From Minisyncoccota bacterium (lineage in GTDB: Bacteria > Patescibacteriota > Minisyncoccia > Phycocordibacterales > SBAW01), in assembly GCA_035549255.1 (NCBI GenBank), contig DASZRD010000004.1, positions 72,667 to 136,666 on the forward strand: a stretch of 64,000 bases of DNA, read 5' to 3'. Of the stretch, positions 10,720-24,623 are shown one piece after another; position 1 is the stretch's first letter; every line of letters starts with the position of its first letter. The position numbers and the translations under genes were made by a program. The notes below the pieces were generated by a model. It had not been told where the DNA came from and did no database searches. It was given only the letters and a program-made list of their open reading frames with translations.

Positions 10720-11337
10720 CTAAGCCTTGTGGTGATGTGCGTCTAACTTCTCGTAGACGTGCGCGTAGGCGATCATGGTGACCGGGATCGTGACGAGAAG
10801 CCCGACCATGAAGACCATCGCGCCTACGATGTTGATGAGGCTGATGACGATGATGAAACCGAGCAGCTGCCACTTGACCCCATCGGTTATCTTGCCGCTC
10901 TTCTTGATGCTCCCCGTAATACCCGCGCCCTCGAGCACGGCGTAGCGCACCATCGAGAAGCGCAGCGCCAGATAAATGCCGGGGATGATAAGGAGGATCA
11001 GGCCGAGCACGGTGATAAAGCCGGCAAGCACGGATGCCGCGAGATACTGCCAGCAGAGCTTCGCGGGCGGGAACGCGTCATTGTAGGAGACCTGCTGCCC
11101 TTTGGCGATCTTGAGCGAGATGAGTGTGAGGCCGATGCCCATGACTATCTGCGCAATCACGAGCGCTGCGACCGCAAGCCAGCCAATGAGCGTGTTGGGC
11201 AGCGTAGCTTGCACGATCGCCTGCGCGACCTGAAGCGCGAAAAGGCTTAAGACCACTTGAAATACGACCTTGCTGTGCGCCTTAGTCTGTGCCCAGCCGA
11301 ATTTGAGCGCCTCTCTTATGGAAAAGGTGAATGGCAT
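10720..11337 (-). CDS. DUF975-like polytopic membrane protein
   Basis: The N-terminus is MPFTFSIREALKFGWAQTK followed by ~6 TM helices, the typical DUF975 arrangement. Confidence 0.6.
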   Translation of the reverse strand: MPFTFSIREALKFGWAQTKAHSKVVFQVVLSLFALQVAQAIVQATLPNTLIGWLAVAALVIAQIVMGIGLTLISLKIAKGQQVSYNDAFPPAKLCWQYLAASVLAGFITVLGLILLIIPGIYLALRFSMVRYAVLEGAGITGSIKKSGKITDGVKWQLLGFIIVISLINIVGAMVFMVGLLVTIPVTMIAYAHVYEKLDAHHHKA

Positions 11338-11411
11338 AGATAGTGGTTACTCTATAAGCAGTTTGTAGTATAGCACTTCCCTGTGGTATACTATAGTATA
11401 CGTTTCGACAT

Positions 11412-11483
11412 AGCGGGGTGGAGCAGTAGTAGCTCGCAAGGCTCATAACCTTGAGGTCGCAGGTGCAAGTCCTGCCCCCGCAA
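11412..11483 (+). tRNA. Initiator tRNA-fMet (anticodon CAT)
   Basis: AGCGGGGTGGAGCAG...CTCATAA...CCCCCGCAA has an A1-A72 mismatch, and the acceptor and D-arm are near-identical to bacterial initiator tRNA. Confidence 0.75.
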
Positions 11484-11520
11484 CAAGTTTTGAAAAAGCG
11501 CCGTCTTGGGCGCTTTTTCT

Positions 11521-12183
11521 TTATATATAGTGGAATTCTTCGAAGACTCTGCGGTAGAGGTCTATCGTCGCGTTCGCCTCGCGCTGGGAGAGATGATACC
11601 CTTCGCCGCCATGCGCGATGTCGTTGCGGACTTTGTGCGCCTTCCAGGCCAGGTCGAGCGTCGTGAACTGAAGCGGGTTGGCGTCGCGCAGCCGCTCCCC
11701 AACACTATCGCCGCGATAGCCGAGGCTCTTGAGCATGTCGCCGAGCATGATATCGGCCTCGAGGATGGCGCGGCGCCAATCGCTCTCGTTGCCGGAGGCC
11801 GCAAGCACGAAGACGCGATCCCATTGCGCGTTCTTAGGCACGGCTTCGGCGGCATGCGCCTCGATTTGCGCATGCTCGTGCGCTTCGTGGCCATGATACC
11901 CTTCGTGCTCGACGACTAGGAGCCGCACGCGCACCCAGATAGCCAGCACCACGAGCGCAACGGCAACTGTCATGCCGATAAGCGCGATGACGCCGGTTGT
12001 TGAGGTGAAGAGCGCGCCTACGTTTGAAAAGATGCCGGTATGCGCTGCCTCACCGCCATTGGCAATGGTACTGCTCGCACCGTCGGCAGGGATCGATATG
12101 CCGAGCCAGGCGAGGATCGCGTAAAAGATATCGTACGCGCGCAGCAGCAGATACTCGAGATTAAGAAAATGAACTTGATCCAT
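11521..12183 (-). CDS. Membrane-anchored protein with His-rich linker and C-terminal HEPN/DUF4145-like domain
   Basis: It has two N-terminal TM helices and a His-rich linker EHEGYHGHEAHEHAQIEAH. The C-terminal domain contains AWKAHKVRNDIAHGGEGY, matching the Rx4H HEPN motif. Confidence 0.55.
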   Translation of the reverse strand: MDQVHFLNLEYLLLRAYDIFYAILAWLGISIPADGASSTIANGGEAAHTGIFSNVGALFTSTTGVIALIGMTVAVALVVLAIWVRVRLLVVEHEGYHGHEAHEHAQIEAHAAEAVPKNAQWDRVFVLAASGNESDWRRAILEADIMLGDMLKSLGYRGDSVGERLRDANPLQFTTLDLAWKAHKVRNDIAHGGEGYHLSQREANATIDLYRRVFEEFHYI

Positions 12184-12193
12184 CCCCTACATT

Positions 12194-13606
12194 CTACCTC
12201 GACAAAATCGCGCCGAGATTAAAGAGCGACAAATCGTCGCCGTGCGCCGCGGTGAGCTGGATGCCAACGGGGAGCTGCTTGCCCTCGCGCTCGACCGCAC
12301 CCATGGGGACCGAGATCGCCGGGTTGCCCGTAAGGTTGGCCGTCACGGTAAAGATATCCATGAGATACATAGCGAGCGGATCGGATTTCTCGCCGACCTT
12401 GGGCGCAGGTGAAGGCGCGGTAGGCGTGGCGATAGCGTCAACGTCCTCAAGCGCGCGAGCCACTTCTGCTGCGAGCTGCGCGCGGGCGGTCGTCGCTTTG
12501 CCGTAATACGCATCGTAGTAGCCGGCGGAGAGGACATAGGTGCCGAGCATGATGCGGCGGCGCACCTCGGGGCCGAAGCCGTTCCCCCGGGTCTTGGCAT
12601 AATCTTCCCAAAGGTTGTCGCCTTTCTCAGAGAGGCCGTAGCGTATGCCGTCGAAGCGCGCGAGGTTGGCCGAGGCCTCCGCCGGCATGATGATGTAGTA
12701 GACCGCGAGCGCGAGCGCGGCAGACGGCAGCTCGATATCAACTATCTCGTAGCCCTGCTCGCGCAGCTTCCCGAGCCCGGCCTCGAACCTTTCGAGCACG
12801 TCGGCGTCGACGCCTTGCGACAGGAGCTGGCGCGGCACGCCGATGCGCTTTTTTGGCGCATGCGCGGGATACAGCGAGAGGTCGATCGATGTGCTGTCGA
12901 GCGCGTCACGGCCAAGCACGGCTTCATAGAGTACGCGTGCATCCTCAGGAGTTTTTGCAAATGGGCCGATCTGGTCGAGGCTGCTCCCCAGCGCCATAAG
13001 CCCCGAGCGCGACACTGCGCCGTAGGTAGGCTTCATTCCCACAATGCCGCAGAAGCTCGCCGGCTCGCGGATAGAGCCGCCGGTGTCGCTGCCCAAGGCG
13101 CCCAGCGCCATACCCGCTGCCACGGCCGCGGCGGACCCGCCCGAGGAACCGCCGGCCACGCGCGCAATGTCAGCTGGATTGCGCGTGGGCCCAAACGCGG
13201 AGTTCTCCGTCGAGCCGCCCATCGCAAATTCGTCCATATTAGTGCGGCCGAGGAATACGGCACCCATCTCCTTGAGCTTGGTGATCGCTATCGCGTCGTA
13301 ACTCGCAACATAGTTCTCGAGGATTTTCGATGCAGCGGATGCGCGCTTCCCTTCTATTAAAATATTGTCTTTGATCGCAAGCGGGATGCCGAGGAGCGGC
13401 GTCGTCTCGCCCTTGGCGATCCGATCGTCGGCGCGCTTGGCTTGTTCCTCGATGTCGTCGAAGACCTCAAGGTACACGTTGAGCTCCTTGTTGCGCGCAT
13501 CGATATTGGCTTTGCAGGCGCGCGCGAGGTCGAGCGCGGTGATCTCGCGTGCGTCAAGCTTCTTTCGGGCTTCTGCTATGGAAAGTCTCGCAAGATCGTT
13601 ACTCAT
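12194..13606 (-). CDS. gatA: Glutamyl-tRNA(Gln)/aspartyl-tRNA(Asn) amidotransferase subunit A
   Basis: The amidase signature GGSSGGSAAAVAAG...GSDTGGSIREPA is present. Confidence 0.95.
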   Translation of the reverse strand: MSNDLARLSIAEARKKLDAREITALDLARACKANIDARNKELNVYLEVFDDIEEQAKRADDRIAKGETTPLLGIPLAIKDNILIEGKRASAASKILENYVASYDAIAITKLKEMGAVFLGRTNMDEFAMGGSTENSAFGPTRNPADIARVAGGSSGGSAAAVAAGMALGALGSDTGGSIREPASFCGIVGMKPTYGAVSRSGLMALGSSLDQIGPFAKTPEDARVLYEAVLGRDALDSTSIDLSLYPAHAPKKRIGVPRQLLSQGVDADVLERFEAGLGKLREQGYEIVDIELPSAALALAVYYIIMPAEASANLARFDGIRYGLSEKGDNLWEDYAKTRGNGFGPEVRRRIMLGTYVLSAGYYDAYYGKATTARAQLAAEVARALEDVDAIATPTAPSPAPKVGEKSDPLAMYLMDIFTVTANLTGNPAISVPMGAVEREGKQLPVGIQLTAAHGDDLSLFNLGAILSR

Positions 13607-13898
13607 CTTTTTGGATTATCTTGCGCACGACGTTGTACGCGCCCTCGCGTTTGGGGAACGCAGCGCGCAGCGCCTCTTCCTTGCCAAGGAGCGTGTCTCC
13701 CTCGGTACGCGGAGCGTCCGCGCGCATGACGTTGTGATTCTGCGGTACCGCGCCCGCCTCTGCAGCCGGCACGCCCGAGACTTGCCCGACATATTCGAGG
13801 ATATTCGAAATATCCTTCTGAAGATTGGCCCTCTCTTCCTCGGCAAGCGTGAGCCGCGCGAGCTCCGCGAGGCCGTCGATCTCTTCCTTTGATATCAT
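13599..13898 (-). CDS. gatC: Amidotransferase subunit C
   Basis: MISKEEIDGLAELARLTLAEEE is GatC-like, and the gene overlaps the gatA start by 8 nt. Confidence 0.85.
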   Translation of the reverse strand: MISKEEIDGLAELARLTLAEEERANLQKDISNILEYVGQVSGVPAAEAGAVPQNHNVMRADAPRTEGDTLLGKEEALRAAFPKREGAYNVVRKIIQKDE

Positions 13899-13913
13899 GC
13901 TGCCTATACTAGC

Positions 13914-16503
<2,590 letters not shown>

Positions 16504-16504
16504 A

Positions 16505-17113
16505 TCATTCCCAATCGAACATGTCCTCGGTCAGCACGACGGAGTGCGACAGGCTGCCAGCATCGGTCCACGATACGGTAACCGTAAGCAGGGCCTCGGT
16601 CGGCGTGGATGCGGAGTAGACGATTTTTACGCTGCGCAAGAATGTGGTTGTGATGCACGACGTGCCAGAGCACGATGTATAGGGAGATTTAAGTGGGACT
16701 GACACATAATAGCCGCGGCCTGAAGCGCCGTCGTATTTGATGGGGCTTGAACACGATGCCGGCGTACCCAAACAGGAGCCGGTCTGGTTTGTCCTGCTGT
16801 CGATATAGCACGCGGCGCTACCATCAGTACTTACGCACGGCGTAAGCGGAGCGCCACTAACACCAGCAAGCCACGCGGGCGGCGTACCGGTCGACGCGCA
16901 CGGCGTGGACGGCAGGCAGCTGCTGTCGCGCTCGAAGCGCACGAACTCCACCGCGTCCTGCGCGAGATAGTAGGCAATGATCTGGTCCTTGGCGATCTGT
17001 GCGGCATTGGCGCCGCGCGCCGCGATCGTGAGCGGCCCGGCGATAGCTATGCTGAGCAGCAGCACAGCGACGAGAGTTTCGATGAGGGTAAAGCCTTTCA
17101 TATTATTGGTCAA
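16505..17113 (-). CDS. Type IV minor pilin (prepilin-type N-terminal cleavage/methylation domain)
   Basis: MKGFTLIETLVAVLLL is a class III signal peptide, followed by a Cys-rich globular domain. Confidence 0.7.
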   Translation of the reverse strand: MTNNMKGFTLIETLVAVLLLSIAIAGPLTIAARGANAAQIAKDQIIAYYLAQDAVEFVRFERDSSCLPSTPCASTGTPPAWLAGVSGAPLTPCVSTDGSAACYIDSRTNQTGSCLGTPASCSSPIKYDGASGRGYYVSVPLKSPYTSCSGTSCITTTFLRSVKIVYSASTPTEALLTVTVSWTDAGSLSHSVVLTEDMFDWE

Positions 17114-17768
17114 AGACGCGCTGGGTGACGGTCGTCTGTATATTGAATGCGCTCTGCTGCGTGTCGCTTACCTGCGCGTAGCCGCTCAACGTAATCGCAA
17201 CCTTGGGTTGGAATGCGTCGGCGGCGCCGGAGTTACAACCTGACGACGGGTTCGAGGCGCAGGAACCGATGGTATAGAACGTAAGGTTCGTAATGAACAC
17301 GTCGGGGCTTGTGATCTGAAGCCAGCCGCTGTCGTAGGAAGCCGTGTTGGTAATACGTCGCTTAATACACCCTGCTGTGGCGCCCGTCTGTCCGCAGCCG
17401 GACGCGGTAGAGACAAGCTGATATTCAACTGTACAGACAGTGCCTTGCGCACAGCCCTGTAGAGAGCCGGGTATGCCTTGGAAGGCGAAATAAGGCTGGC
17501 CGCTCGAATACGGGTTGTCTCCCGAATATCCGCAGTCCTGCGGAGAAGTCACCGTGCCGGAGATACCGCAGTGATAATTGATGCCGGTGCGTATGGAACG
17601 CGTCATGGAGTCGAGCGCGAAGCTCAGGTTGCTCACGGCCGTGCGGATCGTCTCGGCCTTGCGCTCGGCGGTGGAGATCGACAGGAGCGAGCCGAGCGCG
17701 AGCGTCATCACGACCGAGAAGATCGCGACTGACACCATAAGCTCGATAAGCGTGAATCCCCTCTTCAT
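17103..17768 (-). CDS. Type IV minor pilin
   Basis: MKRGFTLIELMVSVAIFSVV is a class III signal peptide. Confidence 0.7.
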   Translation of the reverse strand: MKRGFTLIELMVSVAIFSVVMTLALGSLLSISTAERKAETIRTAVSNLSFALDSMTRSIRTGINYHCGISGTVTSPQDCGYSGDNPYSSGQPYFAFQGIPGSLQGCAQGTVCTVEYQLVSTASGCGQTGATAGCIKRRITNTASYDSGWLQITSPDVFITNLTFYTIGSCASNPSSGCNSGAADAFQPKVAITLSGYAQVSDTQQSAFNIQTTVTQRVFDQ

Positions 17769-17771
17769 ACA

Positions 17772-18434
17772 TCAGCAGCCGCTCACGGCGGCATTGAGGC
17801 CGGTAACGAGGATCTGCCCCGCCGTGGTTACCTCGATATTGCGGAAGTTGGTGAGGTCGGGGCCCTCGATCTCTACATAGGCCGCGCAATAGGTATGACC
17901 TGTCGCATCGGTAGCGAACTGCGCATCGGTGTTGGGCCGCTTGAAGTAGATCCCAAGAGAGGTAATAGTCGTGCCTCCTCCGCTGCTGTCGCTGCAATCC
18001 TGCGTATTGGCGTCGACCACGCCGCAGAACTTCACCACGCCGTAGCCCGGGGAAATTTTGAATTGCTGTACCTGCTCGCCGGAAGCAGAGTCGTAGAGGC
18101 CGTTAGCATTGATGTCAGCGAAGAGCGTGTAGTAATTGTTAGTGAGGTCGCCAGTCGTAAACGATACGCCGTAGCTGTAGGAAAAGCCGCCGGCTGTCGT
18201 GCCGAATTGGCGCACGCTCGTGCCGTACACCTGCGCTTGCTGCACCGAGAGTGCGATGCTATAGGCCAGGCTGCGCAGCAGGGTCGAACTGTCGAACTTC
18301 TTCTGCTGTAGGAGGAGCACGGCGGTAAGGACCGTCATAATCGCCACGACGACCATAAGCTCGATAAGCGTAAATCCTCGAGGCCCCCTAGCCTTGGAAG
18401 AGGAATGCGACTGAGGAGAAGAAATCCACATGGA
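17772..18434 (-). CDS. Type IV minor pilin (start uncertain)
   Basis: ARGPRGFTLIELMVVVAIMTVL is a class III signal peptide. The nearest in-frame Met gives a 19-aa leader and overlaps the pilD 3' end. Confidence 0.6.
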   Translation of the reverse strand, partial: SMWISSPQSHSSSKARGPRGFTLIELMVVVAIMTVLTAVLLLQQKKFDSSTLLRSLAYSIALSVQQAQVYGTSVRQFGTTAGGFSYSYGVSFTTGDLTNNYYTLFADINANGLYDSASGEQVQQFKISPGYGVVKFCGVVDANTQDCSDSSGGGTTITSLGIYFKRPNTDAQFATDATGHTYCAAYVEIEGPDLTNFRNIEVTTAGQILVTGLNAAVSGC

Positions 18435-19176
18435 AGAAGTACACCGCGAGCGCGCCAAGGACGAGGAAGGGCGCGAACGGGAGCTCACTCTTCATTGTAA
18501 GGCCTTTTTTAAGGAGCATGAGGAGAATCCCCACCGCGGCGCCGATCCAGAACGCGAGCATGAGCGCCGTTGCACCCATAGAGAGGCCGAGCATCCAGCC
18601 GAGGCTTACCTCAAGCGCGCCGTCGCCCCAGCCCATCCACCGCCCGTGCGAGACAAGGGAGAGGAGGGTCAGAGGGGCGGCGAGTATCGGCCCGGCGAGG
18701 AGCGCCCAGATATCGGGCCGCACGAGGTGGATAGAGAACCAGTCAAAGGACACGAAGAGTGCCGCAAAAGTAAGGACTGCGAGGAGGATTGAGCACGACC
18801 AGGGGATGATCGTGTGCTTGAGGTCGTATACGACGACAAAAAGATATGTCATCCACACCACGAGCCAGAAAGCGTACGAGAGCGGCTCGGGATGCGCGAG
18901 GTAGACCATGAGCGAGAGTATCGCGGCGGCAATTTCGACGAGCGGGTTCTGGATGCTGATGCGCGCAGAGCAGTAGCGGCACCGCCCGCCAAGGAAGACG
19001 AACGAGAATACCGGCACGAGGTCGAGCGGCGAGAGCGTGTGCCCGCACGTGTCGCAGGATGACCGCCCACCCATCCCCCGCCCCGTGTTGAAGCGGTACG
19101 AGAGAGCGTTGAGGAAGCTCCCGAGTATGGCACCCAATACGACAGCCGTAACAGGAAGAATGAAGTCTATCTGCAT
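18388..19176 (-). CDS. pilD: Prepilin peptidase (A24 family)
   Basis: Zn-binding CDTCGH...CRYC, catalytic Asp in VVVYDLKHTIIP and in GWGDGAL, and a polytopic membrane topology. The ATGA start/stop overlaps the upstream pilin gene. Confidence 0.9.
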   Translation of the reverse strand: MQIDFILPVTAVVLGAILGSFLNALSYRFNTGRGMGGRSSCDTCGHTLSPLDLVPVFSFVFLGGRCRYCSARISIQNPLVEIAAAILSLMVYLAHPEPLSYAFWLVVWMTYLFVVVYDLKHTIIPWSCSILLAVLTFAALFVSFDWFSIHLVRPDIWALLAGPILAAPLTLLSLVSHGRWMGWGDGALEVSLGWMLGLSMGATALMLAFWIGAAVGILLMLLKKGLTMKSELPFAPFLVLGALAVYFFHVDFFSSVAFLFQG

Positions 19177-19724
19177 CAGTTATTTGTTACGTCGTAGCAC
19201 TGGTCTGCACCAGCGCCTGCCGCCGTACTATTGCAATCTATCGAATTGCCGAGAAAGTCGCCGTTTGGATTGCTATAGCCGGTACATACCGCATATCCCG
19301 ACGGCACACTATTATAATTTACATCGTCGCCCAGCGTAGCAGTATTAAGAGTATTTTCAAGCAGCGCTCCAAGATGATATTTGATAGGGGGATAACTCAC
19401 ATTGGAACACAATCCTGATCCAGCACTTGTATCATATGCGCGATATATATATGCAGTGTTATTCGGATCTTGCGGCACAACAGACATGTAAGAGGGCGCA
19501 AGTGATGATAAAGTCGTCGGATATTTATTATTGTCGTTATAATACTCTGCAAGCGCTATCTGAATGTTCTTAATATCGCTGATGCGCTTGGCGTCGCGGC
19601 CTTTACTCTTGGCGCCGCCGAGACTCACGAGCACGATGCTCGAGAGTATGCCGATGATGGCGATCACGACCATAAGCTCAATCAAAGTAAAGCCCCTGTC
19701 TTTAGAAGAAAAAAGTCTATACAT
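19176..19724 (-). CDS. Type IV major pilin (PilA-like)
   Basis: Leader then KDRGFTLIELMVVIAIIGILSSIVL is a class III signal with Glu5. It is 182 aa and sits in a lower-GC segment. Confidence 0.8.
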   Translation of the reverse strand: MYRLFSSKDRGFTLIELMVVIAIIGILSSIVLVSLGGAKSKGRDAKRISDIKNIQIALAEYYNDNNKYPTTLSSLAPSYMSVVPQDPNNTAYIYRAYDTSAGSGLCSNVSYPPIKYHLGALLENTLNTATLGDDVNYNSVPSGYAVCTGYSNPNGDFLGNSIDCNSTAAGAGADQCYDVTNN

Positions 19725-19750
19725 GTAGTATTAAGTATACAGGCAAAAAC

Positions 19751-19778
19751 AAAATCCCCAGGCTCTCCTGGGGATTTT
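19751..19778. terminator. Perfect palindromic hairpin (AAAATCCCCAGG-CTCT-CCTGGGGATTTT), bidirectional terminator between the two pilin genes
   Basis: A 12-bp perfect stem is flanked by an A-tract and a T-tract. Confidence 0.6.
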
Positions 19779-19799
19779 GTAATACTATCAATATGGATT

Positions 19800-20309
19800 C
19801 TACTGACAGACAGTGGCGGCGGCGGCGGATTTAGGATTACCACTACCTGTGAGAGCAGTCGCCGAAGGATATGTCTTTGACTGACCAGTGTAATCAACAC
19901 AGATATAACCGGCTCCACTGGGGAGCTTGGCAGCCACAGCCCACTGAGTCGCAGTGACTCCGCAGTCTATATTACCTGATCCTCCAACTTGGCTCTGGGT
20001 ACTGGTTATGAGGGTGAGCATATTCGAAGCCGTATTGGTCCATATGCCCGATGCGCCGCTACCAGTACAGGCTGCGCCTGTCTGAGTGCCGCTCAAATAA
20101 GAATTGCTATTTGAACTATAGAATATCTCTGCTGCGGTTCTGATGCTACTCATCTGCTCTTCAACTGCAGCATCTTGGCCCTTGCTGCGTGCATTGCCGA
20201 GGCTGGCGAGGACGATACCGGCCAAAATGCCGATGATGGCGATCACGACCAAGAGTTCGATAAGGGTGAAGCCCTTGTTGCGACCCGTTATATGACCTTT
20301 AAACAACAT
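19800..20309 (-). CDS. Type IV major pilin (second PilA-like paralog)
   Basis: NKGFTLIELLVVIAIIGILAGIVLASL is a class III signal peptide. It is 169 aa with an AT-rich promoter region upstream. Confidence 0.8.
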   Translation of the reverse strand: MLFKGHITGRNKGFTLIELLVVIAIIGILAGIVLASLGNARSKGQDAAVEEQMSSIRTAAEIFYSSNSNSYLSGTQTGAACTGSGASGIWTNTASNMLTLITSTQSQVGGSGNIDCGVTATQWAVAAKLPSGAGYICVDYTGQSKTYPSATALTGSGNPKSAAAATVCQ

Positions 20310-20427
20310 AGGAATATATCCGAATTTATTAATAATTTTTAATAATCAACGTTAAATTGCGGATGCCTTAAGTATAATCTCCTTATTTCTGGCTCAACTC
20401 CCCCGTGTGGATATCTTCATCCCCCGT

Positions 20428-21642
20428 TTATACGCTGCCGGCGCTGTTGTAGATCGGGAGGAGGACAGAGGCGAGCAGGAAGCCGACGCCGAGCGCGAGC
20501 AATATGATGAGCGCCGGCTCAATGAGGGAGACGAGTGTGTCGACCGCCGCGTTGACCTCGCGGTCGTAGAACTTGGCGAGGCGCTCGAGGATCGGCCCCA
20601 GTTCGCCGGTCTCCTCGCCGATCTGGATCATCTGCACCATGATCGCGGGGACTTCTTTGGGATAGTTGTTAAGCGCCTGGGACATGGGGCTGCCCGCTTT
20701 CACGGCCTCCAGAGCGTCGTGCAGCACGCCTTCGTAGACGGAGTTGCCCACCACCGTGGAGGTGATCTCGAGCGCCCGCACCGCCGAGATGCCCGAGGTA
20801 AGCATCACGTGCATGTTGTCGGCGATGCGGGCGAGAAAGAGCTTCTGATAGAGCTTGCCGATGACTGGGAGCGAGAGCTCGAAGTGGTCGACGGCGAACT
20901 TGCCTTGCGGCGTGCGCGCAAAGCGGAAAAGGAAGAACCCGCCGATGATGATCGCGATCAGGAGAAAAATACCGTAGTCGGTGAGGAAATTGCTGAACCC
21001 GAGCACGACCTGCGTAATGAACGGCAGGCTCTGCCCCGAGTCGGCGATGATGGCGCCGATCTTGGGGATGACGACCGTAAGCATGAGCGTCATGACGGCT
21101 ATGAAGGTCAGCATGATGAACCCCGGGTAGACGAGCGCGTTACGGGCCTTGGAAGTCAGCTCGTAGGAACGGTCGATATAGTCGGCAAGGAAGAGGAAGG
21201 TCTGGTCGAGCTTGCCGGACTCCTCCCCCGCGCGCACCATATTAACGTAGAAGTCGGAGAAGACCTTCGGGTGCTTGGCGAGCGCCTTGGAGATCGAGCT
21301 TCCGGCCTGGAGCTCGTCGCTGATATCGACAAGCGTGTTGCGGATCACCGGCTTTTCAGCCTGCTCGGAGAGGAGCTTGAAGACGCGCAAGGCGGATACC
21401 TGCGCTTCGAAGAGGGTCGCTATCTGGCGCGAAAGGAGCACCAGGTCGCGGTTGGAGACGCCGCCGAAGATCGTGATGCCGCCGATATTGGCGAGCATTC
21501 CTTTAGCTCCCCCGGACGAGAAGGCGGTTATGGTGAGCCCCTTGCGCTGCAAGGTTACGATAGCGGCGTCCTGATTGGCAGCGTTTACGATGCCGCTTAC
21601 CGGCTTGCCATTGCTATCGAGCGCTTCGTACTTGAATTCCAT
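20428..21642 (-). CDS. pilC: Type IV pilus platform protein PilC (GspF family)
   Basis: It has two GspF repeats and a polytopic inner-membrane topology. Confidence 0.92.
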   Translation of the reverse strand: MEFKYEALDSNGKPVSGIVNAANQDAAIVTLQRKGLTITAFSSGGAKGMLANIGGITIFGGVSNRDLVLLSRQIATLFEAQVSALRVFKLLSEQAEKPVIRNTLVDISDELQAGSSISKALAKHPKVFSDFYVNMVRAGEESGKLDQTFLFLADYIDRSYELTSKARNALVYPGFIMLTFIAVMTLMLTVVIPKIGAIIADSGQSLPFITQVVLGFSNFLTDYGIFLLIAIIIGGFFLFRFARTPQGKFAVDHFELSLPVIGKLYQKLFLARIADNMHVMLTSGISAVRALEITSTVVGNSVYEGVLHDALEAVKAGSPMSQALNNYPKEVPAIMVQMIQIGEETGELGPILERLAKFYDREVNAAVDTLVSLIEPALIILLALGVGFLLASVLLPIYNSAGSV

Positions 21643-21649
21643 ACATTGA

Positions 21650-22714
21650 TTATAAGAGGCGCTGCAGGGTCTGCGGGTTCCACGAGCGGGCGTAGGCGCT
21701 CTCGGCGGTGATCTCGCCGCTGCGCACCAGCTCCGCGAGGCTGCGGTTCATGTCGATCATGCCCTCGTCGGCGCCGGTCTCGATCACGGTCTGGATCTCA
21801 TGGCTGCGCTTCTCGCGGATGAGATTGGCAACCGCAGGGGTGGAGATGAGCAGTTCGTAGGCCGGGATAAGCCCGCCCGCGATGCGCGGGACAAGCCGCT
21901 GCGAGAATATCCCGGCGAGCGAGCCGGCGAGCTGGATGCGTATCTGCTCCTGCTGGGCCGCCGGGAAGGAGTCGATGATGCGGTCGATCGTCTGCGAAGC
22001 GTTGTTGGTATGCAGCGTGGAGAACACGAGGTGCCCTGTCTCGGCGGCGGTGACCGCAGTCGCCATGGTCTCGGGCGTGCGCATCTCGCCGATCATAAGC
22101 ACATCGACATCCTGGCGGAAGACGGACTGGAGCGCGATCTGGAAATCTGCGGTATCGACGCGCACCTCGCGCTGGTCGATAAGGGACTTCTTGTTTTCAA
22201 AAATATATTCGATCGGGTCCTCGATCGTGATGATGTGCTCGGAGCGCTCGTTGTTGATTTTCTCTATGAGCGCGGCGAGCGTCGTCGTCTTGCCCTGCCC
22301 TACCGGGCCCACGACCAGGAAGAACCCCTGCTGCCGCGTGGTGAATGACTCGAGCGCGGGCGGGAGATTAAGTTCGGCAATCGTGCGGATAACGCGAGGA
22401 ATGAGCCGGAGTGCCACGCTTACCTGCCCGCGCTCGATGTATGCGTTGCCGCGGAAGCGCGCCTTCTCGCCGTACGCGTACGAGAAGTCCGCTTCCTGCG
22501 TGTCGAAGAATTTCTTGACCTTCTCCGGCGGCAGCATCTCGCTCAGGAACCCGCGCATGTCCTCTGGCGTAAGGATAGGATCGGAGAGAAGGGGCGCCAG
22601 CGCGCCCGAGACGCGCATCACGGGCTGGATGCCAGCGCCGAGGTGAAGGTCGCTCGCGCCCTGCGCGATCACCTTTTCTATAAGTCCGGAAAGTCTCTCT
22701 TGGTACTGCGGCAT
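21650..22714 (-). CDS. pilT: Twitching-motility/retraction ATPase PilT
   Basis: Walker A GPVGQGKTTT, Asp box, Walker B and His box are present in a ~354-aa protein. Confidence 0.92.
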   Translation of the reverse strand: MPQYQERLSGLIEKVIAQGASDLHLGAGIQPVMRVSGALAPLLSDPILTPEDMRGFLSEMLPPEKVKKFFDTQEADFSYAYGEKARFRGNAYIERGQVSVALRLIPRVIRTIAELNLPPALESFTTRQQGFFLVVGPVGQGKTTTLAALIEKINNERSEHIITIEDPIEYIFENKKSLIDQREVRVDTADFQIALQSVFRQDVDVLMIGEMRTPETMATAVTAAETGHLVFSTLHTNNASQTIDRIIDSFPAAQQEQIRIQLAGSLAGIFSQRLVPRIAGGLIPAYELLISTPAVANLIREKRSHEIQTVIETGADEGMIDMNRSLAELVRSGEITAESAYARSWNPQTLQRLL

Positions 22715-22716
22715 GG

Positions 22717-24606
<1,890 letters not shown>

Positions 24607-24623
24607 AGTCGTACATAGGCGCT

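Noticed and set aside
20407-21711. A 434-aa plus-strand ORF, with many similar long ORFs elsewhere (e.g. 34979..36187, 44650..46620, 14595..15956, 23881..24588, 6328..7233, 4964..5455).
   Set aside because: Each lies antisense to or out of frame with a strongly supported conserved gene (pilC, ParB-like, ftsH, ligA, pilB, ftsE, pyrG). The translations are Arg/Ala/Gly/Asp-rich low-complexity sequence typical of stop-poor frames in high-GC DNA.
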